Part shown: one piece after another, positions 28,244 to 37,281 of the stretch
Numbering within the stretch: the stretch's first letter is position 1
Layout: each line of letters starts with the position of its first letter
Assembly (NCBI GenBank): GCA_963558405.1
Contig: CAUWGC010000001.1
Location: 49,144 to 113,143 of the forward strand
Reading direction: 5' to 3'
Source: an uncultured Clostridia bacterium
GTDB taxonomy: Bacteria > Bacillota > Clostridia > TANB77 > CAG-508
Length of the DNA stretch: 64,000 nucleotides
The notes under the pieces: generated by a model
The model's input: the letters and a program-made list of their open reading frames with translations, nothing else
What the model was told of the DNA's origin: nothing
Databases searched by the model: none
Program-made: the position numbers and the translations under genes

Positions 28244-30376
28244 TTGAAAAAGTTTATTATCATTTGTGGAATAATAATAATTGGTATTATCTTAGGAGAT
28301 ATATTATTTTATCGATATGGATTTTTTATAGATTTTAATCCTAAAAAAGAGGTTACGACACAGATAAAAACAGAAGGAAAGAAAATCTATCTAAATAAAG
28401 GAAATGGATATAATGAATTTGAAATAAAAGGCGTAGATTTAGGTGCAAGTATACCAGGGCATTTTGCTACAGATTATGCAATAGATAAAGAAACTTATTT
28501 GCGATGGTTTAAATTAATACAAGAGATGGGAGCAAATACGATTAGAGTGTATACAATTTTGCATGATGACTTTTATGATGCTATATATGAATATAATAAA
28601 GATAATGATAATCCATTATATGTCATACATGGTATATGGGTAAATGATTATGTATTATACTCACATCATACAGGTTATGATAAAGAATTTCTTGGAGCAT
28701 TATTGGAAGATTCAAAGATTCTAGTAGATATATTACATGGAAAAAGAAAAATAAATGAGAATGAGGCTTATGGTAATGGTATCTATACCCATGATATATC
28801 TGATTGGGTAATAGGCTATATAATAGGTGTTGAATGGGAAGGAATTACAGTAGCCTATACTGATTTTATGGAACAAGACAAATCAAGCTATAATGGAAAG
28901 TATATGTACACTACAGAACAAGCAACACCTTTTGAGGCTATGCTTGCACAAGTAGGAGATAAAATTTTTGAATATGAAACATCTAGATATAAAACGCAGA
29001 AATTAGTTGCATTTTCTAATTGGCCAACAACAGATCCTATTGATTATCCGGAAAATATAACAACATATTTTCATAAATGTTCAAAGGTAGATGTAGAACA
29101 TATAAAAACAACTGATAAAGTAATATCAGGAACTTTTGCATCTTATCATATATATCCATATTTCCCTGATTATATGGATTTTATGGATAATGTACAAGAA
29201 TTTAAAGATGAAACTGGTACAATTAATACATATAGAAAATATTTAGAAGTTTTAAATCAGCATCATGAGATACCTGTTATTATATCTGAATTCGGAGTAC
29301 CATCATCAAGAGGTATGGGACAAAGGGATAAAAATACAGGAAGAAACCAAGGAGGAATGTCAGAAACTCAGCAAGGAGAAGCAATTATCAAATGTTATGA
29401 TGATATAAAGAAATCAGGATGTTCAGGTAGTATAATATTTATGTGGCAAGATGAATGGTCAAAAAAAACATGGAATACTCTTAATTCGGTTAATCTTCAA
29501 AAAATTCCTTATTGGAGTGATTATCAAACAAATGAGCAATCATTTGGATTACTTTCGTTTGATCCAGGTAAAGAGAAGAGTGTATGTTATGTGGATGGGG
29601 ATGTATCAGAATGGAATGATGAGGATTTAGTTTCAGGAAATGATAATTTAAATATTTCAATGAAATATGATGAAAAATTTATATATTTTAAAGTAAATAA
29701 AAAAGATTATAAAGAAACAGATATTTTATACATTCCAATAGATACCACACCAAAAACAGGGAGTGATTATTGCTCAAATTATGATATTAAATTTGAAAAT
29801 AATGTGGATTTTGTTATTGCTATAGATGGCAAGGAAAATAGCAGGGTATTAGTACAAGAAAGATATGAAATATTGCGCGCAATGTCAAGCTATGAGGTAT
29901 ATGGCGTGGATGCATATGTTGATGCACCAAGTAAAATGACATCAAACTTTAAGCAAATTAATTTACTATTAAAAACAGGTAAAAGGTCAGAAGAAGAAGA
30001 AAAAATGATTAAACCTGAAACTTATGAAACAGGTAAGTTAACATATGGAAAAGCAAATCCAGAAGCAGAAAATTTTAATTCGCTAGCAGATTTTTGCATT
30101 AATGGAGACAATATAGAAATAAAAATACCATGGCAATTATTAAATTTTTCAAATCCATCAGAAATGATGATTCATGATGATTATTATAAAAATTATGGAG
30201 TAGAAGAAATACAAATTGATAAAATGTATGTGGGAATAGGAACAAATGAGAATAAAAATGAAAGAATAGAAATGGATGATTTTTCATTAGTAGGATGGGG
30301 CAAAAATGTAACATATCATGAAAGACTAAAAGAATCATATTACATGATAAAAGAAGTGTGGACCCAAAATCCATAA
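28244..30376 (+). CDS. membrane-anchored TIM-barrel glycoside-hydrolase-like protein
   Basis: TTG start after GGAGGG, N-terminal TM segment. GANTIRVYTILHD and IISEFGVPSSRG resemble clan GH-A strand-end motifs. Family unresolved. Confidence 0.5.
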   Translation: MKKFIIICGIIIIGIILGDILFYRYGFFIDFNPKKEVTTQIKTEGKKIYLNKGNGYNEFEIKGVDLGASIPGHFATDYAIDKETYLRWFKLIQEMGANTIRVYTILHDDFYDAIYEYNKDNDNPLYVIHGIWVNDYVLYSHHTGYDKEFLGALLEDSKILVDILHGKRKINENEAYGNGIYTHDISDWVIGYIIGVEWEGITVAYTDFMEQDKSSYNGKYMYTTEQATPFEAMLAQVGDKIFEYETSRYKTQKLVAFSNWPTTDPIDYPENITTYFHKCSKVDVEHIKTTDKVISGTFASYHIYPYFPDYMDFMDNVQEFKDETGTINTYRKYLEVLNQHHEIPVIISEFGVPSSRGMGQRDKNTGRNQGGMSETQQGEAIIKCYDDIKKSGCSGSIIFMWQDEWSKKTWNTLNSVNLQKIPYWSDYQTNEQSFGLLSFDPGKEKSVCYVDGDVSEWNDEDLVSGNDNLNISMKYDEKFIYFKVNKKDYKETDILYIPIDTTPKTGSDYCSNYDIKFENNVDFVIAIDGKENSRVLVQERYEILRAMSSYEVYGVDAYVDAPSKMTSNFKQINLLLKTGKRSEEEEKMIKPETYETGKLTYGKANPEAENFNSLADFCINGDNIEIKIPWQLLNFSNPSEMMIHDDYYKNYGVEEIQIDKMYVGIGTNENKNERIEMDDFSLVGWGKNVTYHERLKESYYMIKEVWTQNP

Positions 30377-30388
30377 GGGGGAATGTTT

Positions 30389-31486
30389 ATGGTAAAAATA
30401 CAATATCTTATATATCTATATATGGCATTATGTGCATGTATGATGATATATAACATAGTGTATACATTGTACAATCGAACCACAGAAAGAAATATAGAAA
30501 AGCAAAAAAATGGATTTATAAAGAAAATAAAAAATCAAATTAGTTTAGTAGAAAGTGGCATAACTCTTTTACCAAAACATAGAAAATACTTATACAATAA
30601 ATTAAAAAGGACACATAATTTATTACTTTTTGAGCAAATTTTAGATGAACAAACACAAGAAATAAGAAAAAAATACATAGAAAATATAGAAAATATTTTT
30701 TGTGAATTAGCAATATATTATCAAAATTCAGATAATATAAAGAAAGCCTATTTTGCATATATAGTTGGAAAATATAAAATAGAACATAATACAATAACAA
30801 ATACTTTATTTATGTTTTTAGATGAGGAAGCTATGTATTGCAGAGATAATAGTATAAAAGCAATTGTAAGACTTGGAAAGATTAATAATATAATAAAGGT
30901 TTTTAAAGAGATAAGTAAAAGTAGTTATTATTATAGCGTGGAAATGTTATTTGAAAATTTATTAAAATTCGATGGAGACAAAGAAATATTATCAGAAAAA
31001 ATGTGGCAAGAATTTTGGGAATTTAATAAAAATATACAGATAGCAATAATAAAGTTTATAACTAAATCTAAACTTAATTATTCAGAAGAATTTTTAAGAT
31101 TACTAAATAATAAAGAAATTAACAATGAAATAAAAGTAGAATTAATAAAATATTTTAAAGATAATACTTGTCCTGAAGTTGAAAGTTTACTAATTAATTA
31201 TACTAAATATACAGGCATTTTGAACAGAGAATTAGTAATAGAATCTGCCAAAATATTAAGTGCATATAACAGTATAGAGGTAAAAGATGCATTAAAGGAA
31301 TTATTAAAAAGAAATGATTGGGATATAAGAATGGTAGCTTCAGAAAGTTTATCAATTTTAGGTACAAGTTATTATGAATTAGCAGATATATATAATAGTG
31401 AAGACAATGTAGCAAGAAGAATTTTAAGATATAAAATTCAAAATTACAAATATACAAATATGAATCCAAAAATAGAGGTGAGTTAA
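30389..31486 (+). CDS. hypothetical membrane-anchored alpha-helical (HEAT-like?) repeat protein
   Basis: ATG at 30389 lies 6 nt after AAGGGGGA. N-terminal TM segment and repetitive helical composition. Its stop abuts the GT2 start. Confidence 0.45.
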   Translation: MVKIQYLIYLYMALCACMMIYNIVYTLYNRTTERNIEKQKNGFIKKIKNQISLVESGITLLPKHRKYLYNKLKRTHNLLLFEQILDEQTQEIRKKYIENIENIFCELAIYYQNSDNIKKAYFAYIVGKYKIEHNTITNTLFMFLDEEAMYCRDNSIKAIVRLGKINNIIKVFKEISKSSYYYSVEMLFENLLKFDGDKEILSEKMWQEFWEFNKNIQIAIIKFITKSKLNYSEEFLRLLNNKEINNEIKVELIKYFKDNTCPEVESLLINYTKYTGILNRELVIESAKILSAYNSIEVKDALKELLKRNDWDIRMVASESLSILGTSYYELADIYNSEDNVARRILRYKIQNYKYTNMNPKIEVS

Positions 31487-32902
31487 ATGACTATAGAAGT
31501 AATAAAATTTATACTAAATATAGTAGAAATATTTTTTATAATATACTTAATAGGATATTCTTCTTTTTTATTTATTTCAGTAGTTATTGGCTCCATAACG
31601 TTATACAAACAAAAAAGATTAAAAAAATTAAAAGAAAAATTAGAAACAAATTATGATATACCTGTATCTATAATAGTTCCAGCTCATAATGAAGAAATAA
31701 CAGTAATAGATACTGTAAATTCTTTACTAGAATTAGAATACAGTAAATATGAAATAATAGTAGTAGACGACGGTTCAAAAGATTCAACATCAAGAAAATT
31801 AATAGAATATTTTGAAATGCATAAGGTAAATAGACCAATAGAAAAGGTTATAAAGTGCAAACAAGAAGAATATGTATATGAAACAAATTCTTTAAAAGTA
31901 CCACTAACCGTAGTAAGAAAAAGAAATGGTGGAAAAGCAGATGCACTTAATATGGGAATTAACTTATCACAATACCCATATTTTATATGTATGGATGCAG
32001 ATTCTGTACTTCAATATGATTCATTAAAAAATATAACACTACCTTTTAGAGAAAGAGAAGATATTGTGGCATGTGGAGGATTAATAAGAATATCAAATGA
32101 TATTGAGTTTGAAAAAGGTAGAGTAAAAAAATACAGATTACCTAAAAAAGTATTAACAGCTATGCAAGTGTTAGAATATGATAGATCATTTTTTGCCTCA
32201 AGAATTATGCTAGATGGATTTAATGGTAATTTAATTATTTCCGGAGCATTTGGATTGTTTAAAAAAGAAATAGTGGTAGCAGTAGGAGGTTATGATACAA
32301 ATACTGTTGGAGAAGATATGGAGTTAGTTATGAAGTTACATGTTTTCTTAAAATTAAATAAAATACCATATTCAATAAAATATGTTCCAGATGCTATATG
32401 TTGGAGCCAAGCACCAGAAAAATTAGGGGACTTAATTAAACAGAGAAGAAGATGGCATATGGGACTATTCCAAAGTATAGGAAAATATAAAGAAATGTTT
32501 TTAAATATGAAATTTGGAACTTTAAGTTTTATATCCTATTTATATTTTTTAATATATGAATTGTTATCACCACTTATAGAAATAACGGGAATTGTAGTAA
32601 CTATTATTTCATTTATGGTAAATTTAATAAATGTGAACTTTATGATAATATTTTTCTTGCTATATGCAGCTTTTGGAGCGATTCTTTCACTTACAATTTT
32701 CTTGGCAAGGGTATATGTACAAGATAGTAAATTAAGTTTTATAGATTTTATTAGGGCGTTGTTTTTATGCTTTATAGAAATAGCAGGATTAAGACAAATA
32801 ATGTCAATAGCAAGAATGACGGCATTTATAGGATACAAAAAGAGAAAATTACAATGGGAAGATTTAACTAGAAAAGAACAAAAAATTACAATTAACAGCT
32901 AA
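31487..32902 (+). CDS. processive family-2 glycosyltransferase (PgaC/IcaA/cellulose-synthase-like)
   Basis: VVDDGSKDST, CMDADS, VGEDME and QRRRWHMG give the D,D,D,Q(R/Q)xRW signature. TM helices at both ends. Confidence 0.85.
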   Translation: MTIEVIKFILNIVEIFFIIYLIGYSSFLFISVVIGSITLYKQKRLKKLKEKLETNYDIPVSIIVPAHNEEITVIDTVNSLLELEYSKYEIIVVDDGSKDSTSRKLIEYFEMHKVNRPIEKVIKCKQEEYVYETNSLKVPLTVVRKRNGGKADALNMGINLSQYPYFICMDADSVLQYDSLKNITLPFREREDIVACGGLIRISNDIEFEKGRVKKYRLPKKVLTAMQVLEYDRSFFASRIMLDGFNGNLIISGAFGLFKKEIVVAVGGYDTNTVGEDMELVMKLHVFLKLNKIPYSIKYVPDAICWSQAPEKLGDLIKQRRRWHMGLFQSIGKYKEMFLNMKFGTLSFISYLYFLIYELLSPLIEITGIVVTIISFMVNLINVNFMIIFFLLYAAFGAILSLTIFLARVYVQDSKLSFIDFIRALFLCFIEIAGLRQIMSIARMTAFIGYKKRKLQWEDLTRKEQKITINS

Positions 32903-32993
32903 CAAATATAAATACTTCTTAGTTTTAAAATAATATATAGTAGTGAATTGCGTTGATTGATTATATAATAGAAATCGTAAAGAGGGGAGATTA

Positions 32994-34925
32994 ATGTTTA
33001 AATTGTTAAGTAAAAGTAATTTTAAAATAAAAGTAATAATGTTTATTTTTACGATTGTTCTTATATTATGTAATAGTGTTGTTTATGCAGAAGAACAAAT
33101 TTATACAAAAACGGAATTGGAATACATAGAAAATCATAAAAAAATTTATATTGCAGGGAATCAAAATTTAGAACCAGTAGAATCATATGATGGGGAAAAA
33201 TATATAGGAATATTACCAGATATATTTGACGAAATATCAAATATATCTGGAATAGAGTTCGTTTATATAAACGGCAATCAAAATTGGAAGGAGTATGCTC
33301 AAAACAATCAAGTTGAGATTGTATCAGGAATTGAAGCAGGAATGAATTTAGAGCAATATGGTTTAAAAAATAGTATAGAACTTGTAAACCTACCTTCAGA
33401 AAATGAAGAAAAAATAATTTCAATTGCTTTTACAGAAATTGTAGATGACCAACTTATAGAAATTATAAAAAAATCATTAAACCAAATAACTGAATTTGAA
33501 AAACAAAAAATTATTATTTCAAATGCAACTGAAGAAATATCAAATGTTGGATTATTTCATTCACTAATTTCAATAGGTTTAGTATTATTCATTATTAGTT
33601 TAATATTTTTTATACTATACAAAAAATATAAAAAAGAAGCCATAAAAGCAAAATATGTTGATAATATTACTCATATGGGTAACTATCAATTAATGGAAAA
33701 AAATTTTAACAACATTATTACAGATAATAACAGAACATCATATTGTATAGTAAATATAGGTATTGATGTTGAACATATTGAAAAATTATATGGATATGCA
33801 GAAGTGGAAAAAATTTTAAAAGATGTTTCATGCATATTAAGCAAAAATATAAATAAACATGAATTATATGCAAGAATATATAAAGAATCTTTTGTAATAA
33901 TGGCTGATTATACATCCGAAAAGAATATAATAGAGAGAATAACTATAATGATAAATGAATTAAAAGATCAAGTAAGTGATAAAAATAAAGCGTATAGATT
34001 AAATATATATGCTGGAATATATGTTTTAAATCAAACTGATACTATTTTAGATAAAGCAGTATATAAGGCAATGTTAGCAAAAAATTCAGCTAAAGAACAA
34101 GGAACTTTAGTAAAAATGTGTACACAAGCTTTAATAATGAAAACAAAAAAAGAAAATAGTTTAGAAAATGAAATGTTAACTGCACTAAATAATGATGAAT
34201 TTTTAACATATGTACAACCTATGATAGATATAAAAACTGGAAAAACACAGTGTCTAGAAGCTTTGGCAAGATGGGAAAGTCCAAAAATGGGATTGGTTAA
34301 ACCAAGTACATTTATATCTATATTTGAAAATAACAATATAATAGATAAGTTGGATTTTCAAATGTATGAAAATATATGCAAAATGTTATCAAAAATTTTA
34401 CAAAATAATGAAGAAATTTCTACGGTATTTTGCAACTTTTCTAAAAAAACTATTGAAAAGAAAAACTTTTTTGATGAATTAGAAAAAATAGCCGAAAAAT
34501 ATAATGTTCCAAAACAATATATAGGAATTATAATACATGAAAAAATGATAGATTATAATATGTTGAATTTAAGTATATTTATTAAAAAGTTAAAAGATAT
34601 TGGATTTTCAATTTTATTAGATGATTTTGACTCGTCTGTATTTTCTTTTAAGGAGATAGAACAACTTCATATTGATTATGTAAAGATTTCTTCAAAATTA
34701 ATTGAAAATTTGGATGATATAAAAACTGTTCAAATTATTAGAAAAATTGTAGAAACATTTCATGAATTGAATATAGAAGTTATTTGTAAAGATTTTAGCA
34801 AAACAGGAGAAAATAAGCAAATATTAGAAGAAGTTGGTTCTGTTATTATACAAGGAAGTGCATATTATCCGCCAGTTCCGATAGAAGAATTTACTTCTGA
34901 ATATATGGCTTTTTCAAATTTTTAA
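32994..34925 (+). CDS. signal-transduction protein: extracytoplasmic SBP-like domain, TM, degenerate GGDEF, EAL-like domain
   Basis: Signal peptide plus about 180 aa external domain and a TM segment (LISIGLVLFIISLIFFILY). The GGDEF position reads YKESF. EAL motif QCLEALARW is present, but DDFDSS, VKIS and CKDF replace DDFGTG, KID and EGVE by eye. Confidence 0.7.
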   Translation: MFKLLSKSNFKIKVIMFIFTIVLILCNSVVYAEEQIYTKTELEYIENHKKIYIAGNQNLEPVESYDGEKYIGILPDIFDEISNISGIEFVYINGNQNWKEYAQNNQVEIVSGIEAGMNLEQYGLKNSIELVNLPSENEEKIISIAFTEIVDDQLIEIIKKSLNQITEFEKQKIIISNATEEISNVGLFHSLISIGLVLFIISLIFFILYKKYKKEAIKAKYVDNITHMGNYQLMEKNFNNIITDNNRTSYCIVNIGIDVEHIEKLYGYAEVEKILKDVSCILSKNINKHELYARIYKESFVIMADYTSEKNIIERITIMINELKDQVSDKNKAYRLNIYAGIYVLNQTDTILDKAVYKAMLAKNSAKEQGTLVKMCTQALIMKTKKENSLENEMLTALNNDEFLTYVQPMIDIKTGKTQCLEALARWESPKMGLVKPSTFISIFENNNIIDKLDFQMYENICKMLSKILQNNEEISTVFCNFSKKTIEKKNFFDELEKIAEKYNVPKQYIGIIIHEKMIDYNMLNLSIFIKKLKDIGFSILLDDFDSSVFSFKEIEQLHIDYVKISSKLIENLDDIKTVQIIRKIVETFHELNIEVICKDFSKTGENKQILEEVGSVIIQGSAYYPPVPIEEFTSEYMAFSNF

Positions 34926-34971
34926 TGCTTGACAATGGAAAATATAATTATCAAAATTTTTCCAAAAACCC

Positions 34972-35000
34972 TTGATTTTATCATAAAAAAAGGGTATAAT
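34972..35000 (+). promoter_or_regulatory. sigma-A type promoter candidate for the rimP-nusA-infB operon
   Basis: TTGATT-17 nt-TATAAT. Confidence 0.55.
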
Positions 35001-35074
35001 ACTATTAGCAAATATAAATTGACAGAAGAGTGGGAACAAATCCCACTCTTTGGTTATGTATAGGAGGAAGTTTT

Positions 35075-35533
35075 TTGAGTATAGAGGAAAAAACAGAGGG
35101 GTTAATTAAAAATAAAGTTGAGGAACTTGGTTATTCTTTATATGATGTGTATTATGTAAAAGAGGGAAAGGACTACTTTTTACGTGTTATTATTGACAAT
35201 GTAGAAGGGATTAATTTAGAAGATTGTGAAAAAGTTAGTAATGCCATAAATCCTATTTTAGATGAAGCAGATTATATTAAAGAACAATATTTTTTGGAGG
35301 TATCTTCTCCAGGAATAGAAAAAGTTTTAAGAAAAGAAAAACATTTTGAAGAAGCTTTGGAAAAAGAAGTTGAAATAAGTTTGTTTAAACCATTAGATGG
35401 TCAAAAAATATTTTCTGGTATTTTAAAAGGATTTGATAAAGAAAATATAAAAATAGAAACAGAAAATATGGAAAAACAAATAGATAGAAAAAACATAGCT
35501 TTGATAAAAACAAAATATAATTGGGATGAATAA
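35075..35533 (+). CDS. rimP: ribosome maturation factor RimP
   Basis: TTG at 35075 lies 8 nt after AGGAGG. GYSLYDVYYVKEGKDYFLRVIID is typical of RimP. Precedes nusA. Confidence 0.85.
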   Translation: MSIEEKTEGLIKNKVEELGYSLYDVYYVKEGKDYFLRVIIDNVEGINLEDCEKVSNAINPILDEADYIKEQYFLEVSSPGIEKVLRKEKHFEEALEKEVEISLFKPLDGQKIFSGILKGFDKENIKIETENMEKQIDRKNIALIKTKYNWDE

Positions 35534-35567
35534 TATTAAATATATGTAAAAGGAGGAATTGAGCAAA

Positions 35568-36704
35568 ATGAAAAAAGCAAAATCAGTAGAAAACAAAGCA
35601 ATTGATAACAAAGAATTAATTTTAGCAATGGAAGAACTAGAAAAAGAGAAAGGTATTAAAAAGGAGTATTTATTAGAATCTATTGAAACAGCTTTAGTAA
35701 CAGCATATAAAAGAAATTTTGATTCTAAAGAAAATGTTCGTGTGGCAATGGATAAAGAAACAGGTGAGGTTCACCTTTATGCAGTAAAGGATGTATCAGA
35801 AGTAGTAGAGGATGGAAGTTTACAAATCAGCCTAGAAAATGCAAAAAAAATAAATCCAAGAGCAGAATTAGGTGATCAAGTAAATATTGAGCTTGCCCCA
35901 AAAGATTTTGGTAGAATTGCAGCAGGAACAGCAAAACAAGTTATAGTACAAAAGCTTCGTGAAGCAGAAAGAGAAGTTATTTTTACAGAGTTTAATGATA
36001 GAAAAGGAGAAATAGTTTCTGGAATTATTCAAAAAGCTGATGGAAATATTGTTGTAGTTGATTTAGGAAAATTAGAAGGAGTTATGCCACTAAAAGAACA
36101 AATTCCTACAGAAAAGTATCATGTAAATCAAAAAATAAGAGCAGTAGTAGTTTCTGTAGAAAAAGGGTTAAAGGGTGCTCCACAGGTAATAATTTCTAGA
36201 GCATCATCAGAGTTTGTAAGAAAATTATTTGAATTAGAAATTCCAGAGATATATGAAGGTTTAATAGAAATAAAAAGTGTATCAAGAGACCCGGGTTCTA
36301 GATGTAAAGTTGCAGTTTACTCTCAAAACGAAAATATAGATCCAGTAGGTTCTTGTGTAGGACAAAAAGGAATTCGTATTCAAAATATTATAAATGAACT
36401 AAATGGAGAAAAAATAGATGTTATAGAATGGGATAAAGACCCAATGATATTTATTTCAGCAGCACTTCTTCCAGCTGAGGTAATGGCAGTAGATATTAAA
36501 GAAGAAGAAAAATTTGCACAAGTAATTGTTCCAGATGATCAATTATCACTAGCAATTGGTAAAGTTGGACAAAATGCAAGATTAGCAGCTAAATTAACAA
36601 ATTGGAAAATAGATATTAAATCAGAAAGTCAATTTAGAAAAATATTAGAAGAAAAATCAAAAGAAAAAGAGGAAAATATAGAAGAAACTCCAAATGAAGA
36701 ATAG
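35568..36704 (+). CDS. nusA: transcription termination/antitermination factor NusA
   Basis: ATG at 35568 follows AGGAGGA. S1 and two KH domains (PGSRCKVAV, VGSCVGQKGIRIQ, LAIGKVGQNARLAAKLT). Confidence 0.9.
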   Translation: MKKAKSVENKAIDNKELILAMEELEKEKGIKKEYLLESIETALVTAYKRNFDSKENVRVAMDKETGEVHLYAVKDVSEVVEDGSLQISLENAKKINPRAELGDQVNIELAPKDFGRIAAGTAKQVIVQKLREAEREVIFTEFNDRKGEIVSGIIQKADGNIVVVDLGKLEGVMPLKEQIPTEKYHVNQKIRAVVVSVEKGLKGAPQVIISRASSEFVRKLFELEIPEIYEGLIEIKSVSRDPGSRCKVAVYSQNENIDPVGSCVGQKGIRIQNIINELNGEKIDVIEWDKDPMIFISAALLPAEVMAVDIKEEEKFAQVIVPDDQLSLAIGKVGQNARLAAKLTNWKIDIKSESQFRKILEEKSKEKEENIEETPNEE

Positions 36705-36713
36705 GAGGATACA

Positions 36714-36974
36714 ATGAAAAAAATAATAAACAGAACTTGCATAGGTTGCAATACTATTAAAGACAAAAGAGAATTAATTCGTATTGTAAAAGATAAAGAA
36801 GGAAATATCTCAATAGACCGTACAGGAAAGTTAAATGGTCGAGGAGCGTATATTTGTGATAATATAGAATGTTTTGAAAAAATGGTTAAGGCAAAAAAAT
36901 TAGAAAAAACATTTGAAATGAAAATAGATAACGAAATATATGAAAAATTAAGAGGTGTAATACTTGATAAATAA
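36714..36974 (+). CDS. ylxR: YlxR/RnpM family RNA-binding protein (DUF448)
   Basis: RTCIGCNTIKDKRELIRIV...GRGAYIC motif. Located between nusA and infB. Confidence 0.85.
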   Translation: MKKIINRTCIGCNTIKDKRELIRIVKDKEGNISIDRTGKLNGRGAYICDNIECFEKMVKAKKLEKTFEMKIDNEIYEKLRGVILDK

Positions 36975-37281
36975 AGTATATGGATTGCTAGGACTAATGG
37001 CAAGAGCTAGAAAAATTACATACGGTGCTGATGCTTGTATAGATGAAATGAAAAAACAAAAAATAAAATTAATTTTAGTTGCTGAGGATGCATCAGAAAA
37101 AACAAAAAAGAATTTTGAATATTATTGCAAAGAAAATGAAATTCCAATTGTTTTTTACGGAAAGATTGAAGAAATTAGTAAGTCAATAGGAAAAATAAAT
37201 AAAGCGATTATTGGTATTAAAGATACTGGAGTTGCAATTAAAATACAAGAAATTATTAATGGGGGTGAAGCTATTGGGTAA
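36964..37281 (+). CDS. ylxQ: L7Ae-family RNA-binding protein YlxQ
   Basis: TTG start overlaps the ylxR stop by 11 nt. [10 protein letters not shown]...[11 protein letters not shown] pattern. Confidence 0.8.
   Translation: MINKVYGLLGLMARARKITYGADACIDEMKKQKIKLILVAEDASEKTKKNFEYYCKENEIPIVFYGKIEEISKSIGKINKAIIGIKDTGVAIKIQEIINGGEAIG

Noticed and set aside
35026-35049. Perfect 9-bp hairpin agagtggga-acaaa-tcccactct just upstream of rimP, as a possible regulatory element
   Set aside because: It has no T-run and I recognise no conserved motif. It may simply be part of the 5' UTR. Noted, but not enough evidence for a feature call.
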